DNA of 64,000 nt from Trueperaceae bacterium (lineage in GTDB: Bacteria > Deinococcota > Deinococci > Deinococcales > Trueperaceae): the NCBI GenBank assembly GCA_965214405.1, contig OZ243956.1, positions 1,728,001 through 1,792,000 of the forward strand. Reading direction: 5' to 3'. The notes beneath the pieces were generated by a model, which saw only the letters and a program-made list of their open reading frames with translations, ran no database searches and was not told where the DNA came from. Positions 46,973-56,938 of the stretch are shown in pieces. Within the stretch, counting starts at the first letter, position 1; each line of letters starts with the position of its first letter. The position numbers were made by a program, and so were the translations under genes.

Positions 46973-48418
46973 TTAATTGAGCAGCCGGGGGTGACCGCCT
47001 AAGCGCTCACGCGCCGCGTGGACGTGGCCGCGCAAGGTTAGCGCCCACTCGTCGGCGGGGTGGAGATGCTTGAGCGCGGCCTCGGCGTGGGAAATGACGC
47101 GCGCGGGCTCCTCGCCGGTTTGCGCGAGCACGTCGGCCAGCATCTCGTGGGCGGTGAGCCAGTCGGGTTCGCCCTCTTTAGAGGCGCTGACCGCTTTTTC
47201 AAACCAGTCGACGGCCTCCTCTAGACGGTAGTAGTCATTGGCGATGTTGCCCAGACAGATACAGGCGGGGGCAACCGCGCCCGCCTCGAGCGCCCCCCTC
47301 GCCCACGCGTCCGCCGCCCCGAAGTTGCCGAGCCGGTACTCGGTCTCGGCCAAGTCGGCCTTGGCCTCCCCCAAAAAGGCGTAGCGTTTGTCCTCGACGA
47401 TTTCTAGAAGCACCTCTCTGGCCTCGAGCAGGTGGTCGGCCTCGAAAAGCGAAAACGCGTACTCGTGCCGCGCGAACGCCCGTTGCGAGGCTCCGGCCAA
47501 GCTGATGGCCTCCAGGTAATGGGGCGCGGCGCGCTCTAAACGGCCAAGCAGCGCGTACGTCTGCGCGAGCGCGAGGTGCAGGCTAAACGAGGGTTCGCCC
47601 GCCGCCGCTTCTAAGACGCTCGCCTGGAGAAAGTGCTCGAGCGCCCGGTTGGGGTTGTCCAAAAGCGTGTGGGCGCGGCCTGTGAGATAGTGCAGGACGG
47701 CGCGCTCGTCGGGCTCTAGAGTGTCGCCCTTGACCTCGGCCAGCACCTCTAAGCTCTCGGCGGCGTGGTCCGTTTCGATGAGGCTGCTCGCCAAGCTGAG
47801 GCGCTCGCCCTCTCTATCCGCGCCGCAAGACGTCGCCACCGCGTTTGCAAAGGCCTCGCGCGCGCCTTCAAAGTCGCTGCGTCCCTCGAGCGCCCGGCCA
47901 AGAAGCGACCAGCAGCGCCACACCAAGTAGCGCGGGAGCGAGGCTTTGGGGATACCCTCAAGGATTTTGATGGCCCGCCCGGACGCGCCCACGGTGAGGA
48001 GCGCGCGCGCCGCGTGAAAGGCCGCCACGGCGTCGCCCGCGCCCGCCACGGCCACCGCGCCCTTTTTGATGTCGGCCCTTAACGTCGCGGGCGCATTGCT
48101 ATTACTGCCGCCACCGTCGCCACTACTGCCACTGTAGGCGGCGAACTCCCAGCGGAGCGCGCGGTAGAGCGGGTGCTCTACAAGCGTCGGCTCGGCCTCG
48201 AGGGCTTCTTGGAGGGCGTGCAAACCACCCTCCAGCCCGTCCTCCTCATAAAGCGCATAAACCGCCGCCAAAAGGAGCTTGAGCAGACCCGCGTCATGAC
48301 CCCGTCGGCCCCGTCTGGCTGCGTTTTCCAAAAGAGCAAAGGCGACCTCATAGCGACCTTCAGAAAGCGCACGGTGCGCGGGCTCGACCTCGGCGAGAGG
48401 CGAACGGCGAAAGAACAT
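46973..48418 (-). CDS. TPR-repeat protein
   Basis: Multiple TPR-like helical repeats; start ATG 48418 after TAGCCT-N5. Confidence 0.8.
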   Translation of the reverse strand: MFFRRSPLAEVEPAHRALSEGRYEVAFALLENAARRGRRGHDAGLLKLLLAAVYALYEEDGLEGGLHALQEALEAEPTLVEHPLYRALRWEFAAYSGSSGDGGGSNSNAPATLRADIKKGAVAVAGAGDAVAAFHAARALLTVGASGRAIKILEGIPKASLPRYLVWRCWSLLGRALEGRSDFEGAREAFANAVATSCGADREGERLSLASSLIETDHAAESLEVLAEVKGDTLEPDERAVLHYLTGRAHTLLDNPNRALEHFLQASVLEAAAGEPSFSLHLALAQTYALLGRLERAAPHYLEAISLAGASQRAFARHEYAFSLFEADHLLEAREVLLEIVEDKRYAFLGEAKADLAETEYRLGNFGAADAWARGALEAGAVAPACICLGNIANDYYRLEEAVDWFEKAVSASKEGEPDWLTAHEMLADVLAQTGEEPARVISHAEAALKHLHPADEWALTLRGHVHAARERLGGHPRLLN

Positions 48419-48519
48419 AAAACAGGCTAACACGCTTCTGTCATGACTTCACCACAAAGTTCACAGACGAGAAGACACAAGGATGTCGCTGATGTTACGC
48501 AGAGGTCGGTTTGAGCTGG

Positions 48520-48643
48520 GATGGAGAGAAAAGTGAGGTAAGGAGCGGAGGAGGTAGAGAGACTTGGGATGGGAAACGGAGGAGGTGGGGAGAAAACCTA
48601 TACTTTCACTCCTTGTCTCCCCAACTCCTTATTTCCCCACCAC
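48520..48643. repeat. Octamer-periodic purine-arm/pyrimidine-arm element
   Basis: Long G/A arm, then tttcactc cttgtctc cccaactc cttatttc cccaccac. Confidence 0.65.
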
Positions 48644-48696
48644 GTCAACTGCCGCGTTACGCCCGGTAAAGCACGGCGTCGTCACATCACAACTCG

Positions 48697-49440
48697 CTAC
48701 AACCACGTCACCGTCCGCGGCCCCTCCCCCAAAGGGTAGTCGGGGACGGCTTGGTGGAACGACTCGACTAACAGGCGGCGCGGGAAGCGGCGCATAAAGG
48801 TGAGGACGCTTCTGGCCTGGGTTTCGTGCTGGCCCATCGCGCGCAGCTTGTTTTCGATGTAAGGCCCCACCTCAACATAGTGCGTGGGCGGCAGGTGCAG
48901 CGCGCGAATCTCTTCGGGGGAGGTGAAACCAGCGCGCGCTTCGCCGCTGTAGGGGCGTTCGGTGGCAAAGTAGTAGAGCCGGTCGGGGGTATGGCTGGCG
49001 CTCTCGAGCGCTCCTTTAACCCAGCGGTGAGTGACGATGTGGTCGGGATGACCGTTGGAGCCGTTGGGCGGAAAAGTAACGACGACGGTAGGTTTGAGAG
49101 CGTCCAGCAACTCGGTCACGCGCGCGACTCCCACCGCCTCGTCCACTCCGGCCAGACCCAAATTTTCCGCTATCCCGCGGTCGGCGGCGGGCACGAAGTC
49201 GGGTAGGTCGTCGATATAAACGTCCCTTACGCCGAGCGCGGCGAGCGACGCGCGCAACTCCGCCTCGCGCACCGCGGGCAGCGCCTCGCGGGTACACACG
49301 TCAAGCGTGCGCCCCGAACCGCCCCGCGTCAGCGTGAGCGTGGCGACGCGCTTTCCCGCGTCGGCCATGTGGCTAAAGAGCCCGCCGCAGCCGAACACTT
49401 CGTCGTCGGGGTGGGGAACGATGAGCATGAGGTTAACCAT
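48697..49440 (-). CDS. PIG-L family deacetylase (MshB/Mca/BshB2-like)
   Basis: PHPDDE, TLTRG, REAEL, GHPDH, HETQ. Confidence 0.88.
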   Translation of the reverse strand: MVNLMLIVPHPDDEVFGCGGLFSHMADAGKRVATLTLTRGGSGRTLDVCTREALPAVREAELRASLAALGVRDVYIDDLPDFVPAADRGIAENLGLAGVDEAVGVARVTELLDALKPTVVVTFPPNGSNGHPDHIVTHRWVKGALESASHTPDRLYYFATERPYSGEARAGFTSPEEIRALHLPPTHYVEVGPYIENKLRAMGQHETQARSVLTFMRRFPRRLLVESFHQAVPDYPLGEGPRTVTWL

Positions 49441-49578
49441 GAGAACTCCAAACGTGCATTTTATAGAAGCGGCGGCCTCTGCTTCAAGACCTTTGCTTCA
49501 AAACCTTATATTAGATATTAGGCCGTCCTTCACATGGGGCTGTTTCAGCACGTGATGCGCGCTCGAGCGTATCAAGAA

Positions 49579-49701
49579 TCCAGGCTCGGGGGGGCGACTC
49601 ACCAAACGGGCCGAGTGTGGTGACGCCTCCTGCGGTGAAACCGGTTCCCTTCCCAATTTTGAACGAGTCACCAGCCGGGGCAGCTCCGCCCAAGCCAGGG
49701 A
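49579..49701 (-). ncRNA. Candidate structured RNA (long rod-like hairpin), family unassigned
   Basis: Three nested helices; G-U pairs work only on the minus strand (see findings). Confidence 0.35.
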
Positions 49702-49830
49702 AGGTAGACGGGCGTACTTTCACCTCCTCCTCTCTCTCGTAACCTAGAAGCGTCACATAAGGGGCGGGCAACTCTGTAGACGACGGCATTTCGCGTCACC
49801 TTCTGACAAATTTGGGTTTGGGGGAAACAC

Positions 49831-50601
49831 ATGAAAATTTTGCTGGTTTTGCTCTTACTGTCGCCCTTTGCCTTCGCGCAGGAAGCACAAGAGGACATTT
49901 TCAACATCTCGACGGTGTCGGAGACCTTTGGGCTTTTTACGGCGGGGTTGGAGCAGGTCACGGCGGAGGCGGCGGTCCAGAATATTGAGGGCTGGCAGGC
50001 GCGCTTAGAAGCGACGGGGGACGAAAATCTCGCAAGCCTCTCCGAAGATTTAGGAGCGTTCGCAGAGGCGTTACAGGCCTCCTCACCCGAGGGCGCAGCC
50101 ATCGCTGAACAACTCGTCAATCTGGGCGAGCGCACAGGGGAAATCGCCTCGCGCGTGGAGGACGAGGATCTCGCCCGGCGTTTAACAACGCTCGCTTACG
50201 TGTTGCAAGAGGCGGGGCGCACGGTGCAAGAGGAGCCGCAGGCAGACCTTTCCAACGTCGTCCCGGTGGTGCCGCCCATCCTGGGCCGGACCGCGCAATT
50301 TTTGCAGGGCGACCTCGCCGATGCCTCGCTGGCGGCGGCGCTCCTCAACATCGAGGCGTGGCAGGGGCGCATCCTGACGAACGTCGAGAGCGACGCTGGC
50401 ACGCAGTTGGTGGACGATCTAGAGCGTTTGCAAAACGCCTTGCAGATGGAAGAGGCCGATCAGGCCGAGCTGGGTGAGATTTTCGGCGCGCTCGCCCAGG
50501 ACACCCGCGCGGTGGCCGAGACCGTGGACCCGGCGCTGCAAAACGCGCTCGAGCGCTTTGCCGGGCTGCTCGAGGGTGCGGGCGGGGGAAGCGCCAACTA
50601 G
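49831..50601 (+). CDS. Secreted acidic helical protein with internal duplication
   Basis: Signal peptide ending AFA-Q; two repeats containing NIE.WQ.R...L..DL. Confidence 0.75.
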   Translation: MKILLVLLLLSPFAFAQEAQEDIFNISTVSETFGLFTAGLEQVTAEAAVQNIEGWQARLEATGDENLASLSEDLGAFAEALQASSPEGAAIAEQLVNLGERTGEIASRVEDEDLARRLTTLAYVLQEAGRTVQEEPQADLSNVVPVVPPILGRTAQFLQGDLADASLAAALLNIEAWQGRILTNVESDAGTQLVDDLERLQNALQMEEADQAELGEIFGALAQDTRAVAETVDPALQNALERFAGLLEGAGGGSAN

Positions 50602-50727
50602 TTAGCAACGACGTTTGAGTGGCAGTTCCACAACATATCGAGACGAACGAGCGCAGATATCATCACCGTAAGCGTGTGACAAACAGCACCCTGTAAAGCA
50701 GGGTGTTGCCTGCTAAAGAAACGAGAG

Positions 50728-50754
50728 GGCGTGGGCTAGACCCACGCCTTTTTT
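50728..50754 (+). terminator. Intrinsic terminator
   Basis: GGCGTGGG-CTAGA-CCCACGCC-TTTTTT. Confidence 0.8.
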
Positions 50755-50927
50755 ATGTGCCAATTCTCAGAGAAACCTTTTTAGAGTCGAGCTTTGTCCC
50801 CCCGAAGTCCCTCAATTGATGTGAGGACGCTACAAGCACAAAAGGTCTCGAACTAACCTTGCTCCTCACGCTCCTATGCGCGAACTGCACCTTACACTGC
50901 GCAAATTTATACGCGTACCGGGTCAAA

Positions 50928-52376
50928 TCACGGTAGATCTAAATCCTCACAGCCTACGCGCTCCTGAAGACAGCGGAACAGCGCGGCCTTTTCGGCGGCC
51001 CGCGCCGCCGCGTCCGGCTGCGTTAGTGTCGGGCGAACTGCGGGCGCAGGAGTGGGTGCGGGAGGACGTGCGGTTATGCGTGAGGCTCGAGCCGCGGCCT
51101 CAACCCGACCGATGCGTTCGGCTACCGCGGTGTTGTTGTAGGCGAGGGCTAAGTCTCGAGCCGTCTTCCCCTCCCCGTTGCGTGCCCCCGGTTTAGCCCC
51201 CGCGGTAAGAAGCGCCGCGGCAACGTTTGCGTCCGCGTCTCTGGCGGCGTACATCAGCGGCGTCCAACCCGCGCGGGAGCGGGCGTTCGCGTCTGCGCCC
51301 GCCGCAAGGAGCGCGCTCACGGCTTCCTTACGGTTTTTGTGGACGGCGTACATAAGCGGCGTTTGGCCGTAGGCGTCGCGGCCATCCACCACCGCGCCCG
51401 CTTCTAAGAGCGTGCGGAGGGTGTCGGCGGGTGCGGCCTCCGCGGCCCGGAAGAGTTTTTCGTTGAGCCAGTAGACGAAAGCCTGGTTACCGCTCGAGAG
51501 TGCCAAGTCCAGAGGCGTTTTCCCTTCATCATTTCTAAGGCTCGGGTCGCCGCCCGCCTCGAAAAGCGCTTCCGCAATTCTCGCGTCGGGGTTGTCCCGC
51601 GCGGCGTACATGAGCGCCGTCCAGCCTGCGCCGCTCCGCGCGTCTGCAAAAGCGCCCGCGTCCAAAAAGGCTTGCACCGCGTCCACGTTTCCGGCCCTGG
51701 CCGCGTACATCAGCGGCGTCTGGCCGTAGGCGTCGGTCGGGTCGGGGTCGGTATCCGCCAGCGCCTCCCGAAGCGCGGGTGCCGCGCCGGTAGCGAGTGC
51801 GAACAGAGAGGGAGTTTCCCTCACCGCCCCATCCGCCTCAGCTCCTGCGCCAGCTTCCACCGAGTTCCCCACTGTTCGTAACCTCTCGAGCGCCCCCGCG
51901 CCCCCTCCGCTCGCCTCCTCTGCCACGCCGACCGTATCGGGTGGCGGGGAGACGAGCGTTTCTACGGGCGTTTCTGTGAGAACCTGCGGGTTTTCCTGTA
52001 CAGGAGGCGCAGAAGTGGCGTTGTCCGCGCCTTTGAAGAGGCTCGAGAGGTCAACCTGCGCGACGAGCGGCCCCACCGCGCTTAAAAGGAGGATGGCGAG
52101 GAGCGCGAGGCCCAGCTTTGGGTAGAGGCTGAAACCAGCAGAGACAGAGGATTTCTTACGGCCTAACTCAGCCTCGAGCCCCGCGCGCCGGAGCACTTTC
52201 AGCACTCGCCCCGCCTGCTTTTCAGGCATGACCAGCGAAAGAGGTCGCCGCTCCTGTGAAAGGAGCCGCGCGACGTCCTCAGGCTTCGAGCCGAGTACGT
52301 CGGAAAGTTCAAAAGCCAGCGCCTGCGCCTCACTTTTATAGACGGGCGTGTGGAGCGTGACCACGGCTTCACTCAC
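50928..52376 (-). CDS. Membrane-anchored ankyrin-repeat protein
   Basis: One TM; duplicated triplets GQTPLMYA/GWT.LMYAA/GKT..DLA. Confidence 0.88.
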   Translation of the reverse strand: MSEAVVTLHTPVYKSEAQALAFELSDVLGSKPEDVARLLSQERRPLSLVMPEKQAGRVLKVLRRAGLEAELGRKKSSVSAGFSLYPKLGLALLAILLLSAVGPLVAQVDLSSLFKGADNATSAPPVQENPQVLTETPVETLVSPPPDTVGVAEEASGGGAGALERLRTVGNSVEAGAGAEADGAVRETPSLFALATGAAPALREALADTDPDPTDAYGQTPLMYAARAGNVDAVQAFLDAGAFADARSGAGWTALMYAARDNPDARIAEALFEAGGDPSLRNDEGKTPLDLALSSGNQAFVYWLNEKLFRAAEAAPADTLRTLLEAGAVVDGRDAYGQTPLMYAVHKNRKEAVSALLAAGADANARSRAGWTPLMYAARDADANVAAALLTAGAKPGARNGEGKTARDLALAYNNTAVAERIGRVEAAARASRITARPPAPTPAPAVRPTLTQPDAAARAAEKAALFRCLQERVGCEDLDLP

Positions 52377-52599
52377 GCGACGCGCGTCTCTCTACATGAC
52401 GGTGCTTGTGTTGGGGCTGCGACATATTTCTCAGTATAGAAGACGCGCCCCCAGTGAGCTATGTTGCATTTCTCCCGCCTTCTTCACAGAAACTACACAA
52501 AAGCTTGCATAGTGGAGATGGGTGGGGATATGGAAGGCTTCTCCGCGGTGCGCCCTGTACAAGCCGTATGAACGGGCTCCATACGCTACACTCGTCTTC

Positions 52600-54384
52600 A
52601 TGCGCGCTTCCAAACTCTTTTTTCACACCCTGCGAGACGCCCCGACCGAAGCGGACTTTGACTCCCATAAGCTCCTCCTACGCGGCGGTTTTATCAATGG
52701 ACTCGCCGCCGGGATTTTTGACTACCTGCCGCTCGGTTTGCGGGTGAAGCGGAGGCTCGAGGCCGTCATGCGCGAAGAAATGGAGGCCGTCGGCTTTCAG
52801 GAGGTGCTCTTGCCCGTCGTGCAACCCGCCGAACTCTGGCAGCGGACGGGCCGTTGGGAGGCGATTGGCGACGACATGGCGCGCTTTCGTGACAGAAGCG
52901 AGCGCGAGCTTTGTCTAGCGATGACGCACGAGGAGGCGATGACCGACCTCGTGGGGAGCGTGGTCACCTCGTACCGGAGCCTGCCCGTCAAGCTTTACCA
53001 GCTCCAGACGAAGTTCCGCGACGAGCCCAGGGCCAGAGGCGGCCTCATCCGGGTGCGCGAATTTACCATGAAAGACGGCTACTCATTTCACGCGGATGAA
53101 GCCGGTTTAGACGCGTTTTACGAGGAGGTTTACGCGGCGTACGAGGCGATTTTTAGGCGCTGCGGCCTCCCCGTGGTCGCGGTCGAGAGCGACAACGGGA
53201 TGATGGGCGGCTCCGGCTCGCACGAGTTTATGGCGCTCACCCCGGTCGGCGAGGACACGCTTCTCTTGTGCGAAAGGGGCGACTACCGCGCGAACCGGCA
53301 GGTGGCGACGTTCCAAAAATCCGTGCCGGAGGCGGAGACGCCCGGCACGTTGGAAAAGATCCATACGCCGGGAACCACCACCATCAAGAGCTTGGCGGCT
53401 TTTCTCGGCGTCCCCGAAAGCCGCACCGCCAAGGCCGTCTTTTTTATCGCGGATAGACCGGACGCAGAGAACGAGCCGGACGAGAAAGCGACACCGCCTT
53501 TTGTTTTCGCGGTTATACGCGGTGATATGGAACTCAACGAGACGAAGCTCGCCAACGCCGTCGGCGCGCGGGGTTTGCGTCCGGCGACCCCTGAGGAGAT
53601 TCGCGCGGTGGGCGCGGAGCCCGGCTACGGCTCACCCTTGGGTGTGGACCGTAAGCGGATGGTCGTGGTGGTGGACGACCTCATCCCCCAAAGCCCCAAC
53701 CTCGTCGCCGGAGCCAACGAGGCGGAGTACCATTACCAAAACGTCGTCTACGGGCGCGACTTCAGCGCGGATGTCGTGACCGACCTTGTGGCGGCCAGGG
53801 CGGGCGACCCCTGTCCGGTATGCGGCGCGCGTCTGCGGGCAGAACGGGGCGTCGAGGTCGGCAACATCTTCAAGCTCGGCACGCGTTACAGCGAACGGAT
53901 GGGGGTGACCTTTTTGAGCTCGAGCGGCGACGCTCAGCCGATGGTGATGGGCTCCTACGGCATCGGCCCCGGTCGGCTCATGGCGAGCCTCGTCGAGGCG
54001 CATCACGACGAGGCGGGTATCATCTGGCCCGTGAGTGTCACGCCCTTTACCGTTATTCTGGTGAGCCTCGCCAACGACCGCGCGCCGGAAGTCTCGAGCG
54101 CCGCAGAGGCGCTTTACAAGACGCTGCGTGAAACGGGTATCGACGTCTTGTTTGACGACCGCGACGAGCGGCCCGGTGTCAAATTCAATGACGCGGACCT
54201 CCTGGGCATTCCCTTTAGGCTCACGCTGGGCGCGAAAAGCCTCGCTCGAGGCGTGGTCGAACTCAAAATGCGGCGCACCGGCGAGACGCAGGAGTTGCCC
54301 CTGGACGGCCTCGTCCCCAGCCTTCAAGAAATTTTAGCGGAGGCCTGGGAAGCCCTCGAGGCTCCCGCCCCAGCTCGAGCCTGA
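52600..54384 (+). CDS. proS: Proline--tRNA ligase (bacterial type with editing domain)
   Basis: THEE, KFRDEPR.RGGL.R.REF.MKD.YSF, EVGNIFKLG, MGSYGIG; start ATG 52600. Confidence 0.97.
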   Translation: MRASKLFFHTLRDAPTEADFDSHKLLLRGGFINGLAAGIFDYLPLGLRVKRRLEAVMREEMEAVGFQEVLLPVVQPAELWQRTGRWEAIGDDMARFRDRSERELCLAMTHEEAMTDLVGSVVTSYRSLPVKLYQLQTKFRDEPRARGGLIRVREFTMKDGYSFHADEAGLDAFYEEVYAAYEAIFRRCGLPVVAVESDNGMMGGSGSHEFMALTPVGEDTLLLCERGDYRANRQVATFQKSVPEAETPGTLEKIHTPGTTTIKSLAAFLGVPESRTAKAVFFIADRPDAENEPDEKATPPFVFAVIRGDMELNETKLANAVGARGLRPATPEEIRAVGAEPGYGSPLGVDRKRMVVVVDDLIPQSPNLVAGANEAEYHYQNVVYGRDFSADVVTDLVAARAGDPCPVCGARLRAERGVEVGNIFKLGTRYSERMGVTFLSSSGDAQPMVMGSYGIGPGRLMASLVEAHHDEAGIIWPVSVTPFTVILVSLANDRAPEVSSAAEALYKTLRETGIDVLFDDRDERPGVKFNDADLLGIPFRLTLGAKSLARGVVELKMRRTGETQELPLDGLVPSLQEILAEAWEALEAPAPARA

Positions 54385-54480
54385 CCCGCACCCTTCTACT
54401 CAGCCGACTCCTTCACTCCGCCGCACCGGGCGTAGCCGACACCCTCTTTTTCGGCTCCCGCAGGCTCTAAACTGGAGGGT

Positions 54481-54999
54481 GTGGAACATCTCAAGGAATA
54501 TCAAGACTACTTACTCGCCTACCGGCTGCGCGCGCTCATAGGGGGAAGGCTGCGGCCCGTCGGGGGTTACTTATCGCTCGCGGACTACGCCAGAAAGCGC
54601 GTGGAGCGCCAGGAAATCGCCCGGACGCTGCTGAGCGAAACCGATTACCGCGAGGGCTTGCGGCGGGTTGAAAAGCTCACCAGCGAACTCAACTTTGGGT
54701 TCTGGCACAACCCGAGCGAGAGTATCGAGGTTTTGAAAGCGGTGATTGAAGGCGGCGGAAACCGGGCGCTCGAGTCCGCCGACGCGTTCGTCGAAGAACT
54801 CCTCACGCGTCAAGAACGCCTTTCTCTGAGCGCGGACGACGCGCGGCTAGTCGCGCTCTATTATCTGGGGCTCCTGCGCGCCTCGGCGGCGTACCTAGAC
54901 GCCGAAGTCTTTACCCGCCTCCGCAGCGAGGTCGAACCGCTCCGCGACCGCCTGCCCGTGTTCGTGCTGCCGACCGATCAGGACGTGGCGTCTGCGTAA
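54481..54999 (+). CDS. Conserved-looking hypothetical protein
   Basis: Clean ORF with host-like codon usage; TAAACT-N7-GTG start. Confidence 0.7.
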   Translation: MEHLKEYQDYLLAYRLRALIGGRLRPVGGYLSLADYARKRVERQEIARTLLSETDYREGLRRVEKLTSELNFGFWHNPSESIEVLKAVIEGGGNRALESADAFVEELLTRQERLSLSADDARLVALYYLGLLRASAAYLDAEVFTRLRSEVEPLRDRLPVFVLPTDQDVASA

Positions 55000-55140
55000 G
55001 CCTGCGTCACCAGTTTGTGTTGGTTTACGATGGTGAACTGAAGAGCGGGAAAATTCACGGTGAAGTCAGACCCCCCTTTCCTAAAGCAGTGAACCATGAG
55101 AGTGACTGAGCTCGAGCCGTGCGGAAAAGGAGATCTCCGG

Positions 55141-55590
55141 TTGAACGGGACAACTAAGACTTTTATTTTCGCATCGTGCTTCTTTCTCACCTCAGTTTTT
55201 GCCGCAGGCCAAGCAAAAGCAGACGCTGATATCACCGTCCAAGCAGCGGAGGGTAGCAGCGTCTTCCTCGACGGGTCGCTCGTCGGCCACACGGCGGCGG
55301 GTGAACTTGTTCTTTCAGAGGTCGCCGCGGGCGAGCACACCCTCTTGGTGACGCATCCCGATTCGCTTCCGCAGTCTCAAACGTTTATGCTAGCCGGTAG
55401 CCCGCTCACCGTTCAGTTTGGCGAGTCAGCCGCTCTGCCCCCACAGACTGTAAAATACGACCGCCGCGCCGGGCGTGATGTCGAGTCCGACTGGGAACCG
55501 AGTATGGGTTGGGCTTTGCTGGGCGTACTCGCCCTTTTTGTCGCTACCATTGTGATAAGTTCGGTCCTCTTCAAATCTGCGGAGCGGTAG
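55141..55590 (+). CDS. PEGA-like domain protein with signal peptide and C-terminal TM
   Basis: GSSVFLDG..VG.T...V.AGEHTL; AAGGAG RBS before TTG 55141. Confidence 0.65.
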   Translation: MNGTTKTFIFASCFFLTSVFAAGQAKADADITVQAAEGSSVFLDGSLVGHTAAGELVLSEVAAGEHTLLVTHPDSLPQSQTFMLAGSPLTVQFGESAALPPQTVKYDRRAGRDVESDWEPSMGWALLGVLALFVATIVISSVLFKSAER

Positions 55591-55681
55591 TGTCGCGGCT
55601 ACAGTTATAAGCTCAAGCAGATTAAGCTGTAGGGATGGGCACACGGAACGAGCAAGCTAGCAAGAACTGGACGTTTTGGTT

Positions 55682-56725
55682 ATGGACAAGGTAAATTTAC
55701 TCGAGCTCTCCCCCCACGCCTTCCCCTTCCCCGAGGGCGAGCGCTACCGCCAAAAGCAGCTCGCCAACTGGATTTTTGACCGGGGCGCGGGCGACTTTGG
55801 GGCGATGACGACCCTACCGGGGCGCTGGCGAGCGCGTTTGGAAGAAACCCACACGCTCCACCCCTTTGTCAAAACCGAACGCTTTCCCTCTAAAGACGGC
55901 TCGGTGCGTTACCTTTTCACGCTCTCTGACAATCGCGCGACCGAGGCCGTGTACATGCCCTACGCGGGGCGCAAAACGGTCTGCATCTCCTCGATGGTGG
56001 GCTGCCCCGCCGGGTGCGCCTTTTGCGCCACGGGCGCGCTCGGCTTTGGGCGCAACTTAACGCGCGGGGAGATTCTGGGGCAGATTTTGGGGGTGGCGCA
56101 GGGTGAGGGGCTGGCTCCCAAAGAGGTTCGCAACGTGGTCCTCATGGGCATGGGCGAGGCGCTCCTCAACTACGACAACGCGCTGAGCGCGATTCGCACA
56201 GCGGTTGACCCGCAGGGCTTGGACATGTCGCCGCGGCGCATCACGCTCTCGACGGTGGGGCTGCCCAACAAAATCCGCAAACTTGCGGGCGAGGGGCTGC
56301 CGCTGGTTCTGGCAGTCAGCCTCCACGCGCCCGACGAGGAGACGCGCAGGCGCATCATCCCGACCGCGCACGCGCACTCGATAGACGACATTATCGCCGC
56401 GCTGCACGCGTGGCAGGAGGCGGTGGGGCGGCGCGTCACGGTGGAATACACCATGCTGGACGGCGTGAATGACGCGCTCTGGCAGGCGGAGGCGTTGGCG
56501 GCGCGGCTCGAGGGCTTGACGGCGCACGTGAATCTCATCCCTTTTAACCCTTGGGGAAGTTCGGGGTTTTCCTCGAGCCCCCACGCCACCATCCTGCGCT
56601 TCGAAAAGACGCTCCTGAGAGCGGGTCTTTCCGTCTCGGTGCGCTTCTCGCGGGGCCGCGACGCGGGCGCGGCGTGTGGTCAGCTTGCGTTGCAGGGTAG
56701 AGAAGTACCCTCTCCCGCTCCGTAA
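55682..56725 (+). CDS. rlmN: Dual-specificity RNA methyltransferase RlmN
   Basis: [40 protein letters not shown]. Confidence 0.95.
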   Translation: MDKVNLLELSPHAFPFPEGERYRQKQLANWIFDRGAGDFGAMTTLPGRWRARLEETHTLHPFVKTERFPSKDGSVRYLFTLSDNRATEAVYMPYAGRKTVCISSMVGCPAGCAFCATGALGFGRNLTRGEILGQILGVAQGEGLAPKEVRNVVLMGMGEALLNYDNALSAIRTAVDPQGLDMSPRRITLSTVGLPNKIRKLAGEGLPLVLAVSLHAPDEETRRRIIPTAHAHSIDDIIAALHAWQEAVGRRVTVEYTMLDGVNDALWQAEALAARLEGLTAHVNLIPFNPWGSSGFSSSPHATILRFEKTLLRAGLSVSVRFSRGRDAGAACGQLALQGREVPSPAP

Positions 56726-56938
56726 AGCGTGAAAAAAAGAACACAGGCGCTTCTGTAACGCGTCCCGTGGAGGATTTCACAGGGCCTAAAATGCGCGCCA
56801 ACTAAACTCATAAGCAGTAGCCCCAAAGGGGATAGGAACGTACCCGTACGTTTCAGGAGAGTTTAGCCAGCGCCGCATGGAGGCACGCATGAGCACCGTA
56901 GTCATTACAGTGGTAGTCATTACAGCGAGAGTCCGCCA

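Noticed and set aside
49625..49660. Cobalamin riboswitch (GGGAA motifs)
   Set aside because: The B12 box and other conserved elements are not found, and the downstream gene is unrelated.
52385..52599. T-box upstream of proS
   Set aside because: No T-box consensus or terminator; TACACT-N7-ATG indicates a leaderless start.
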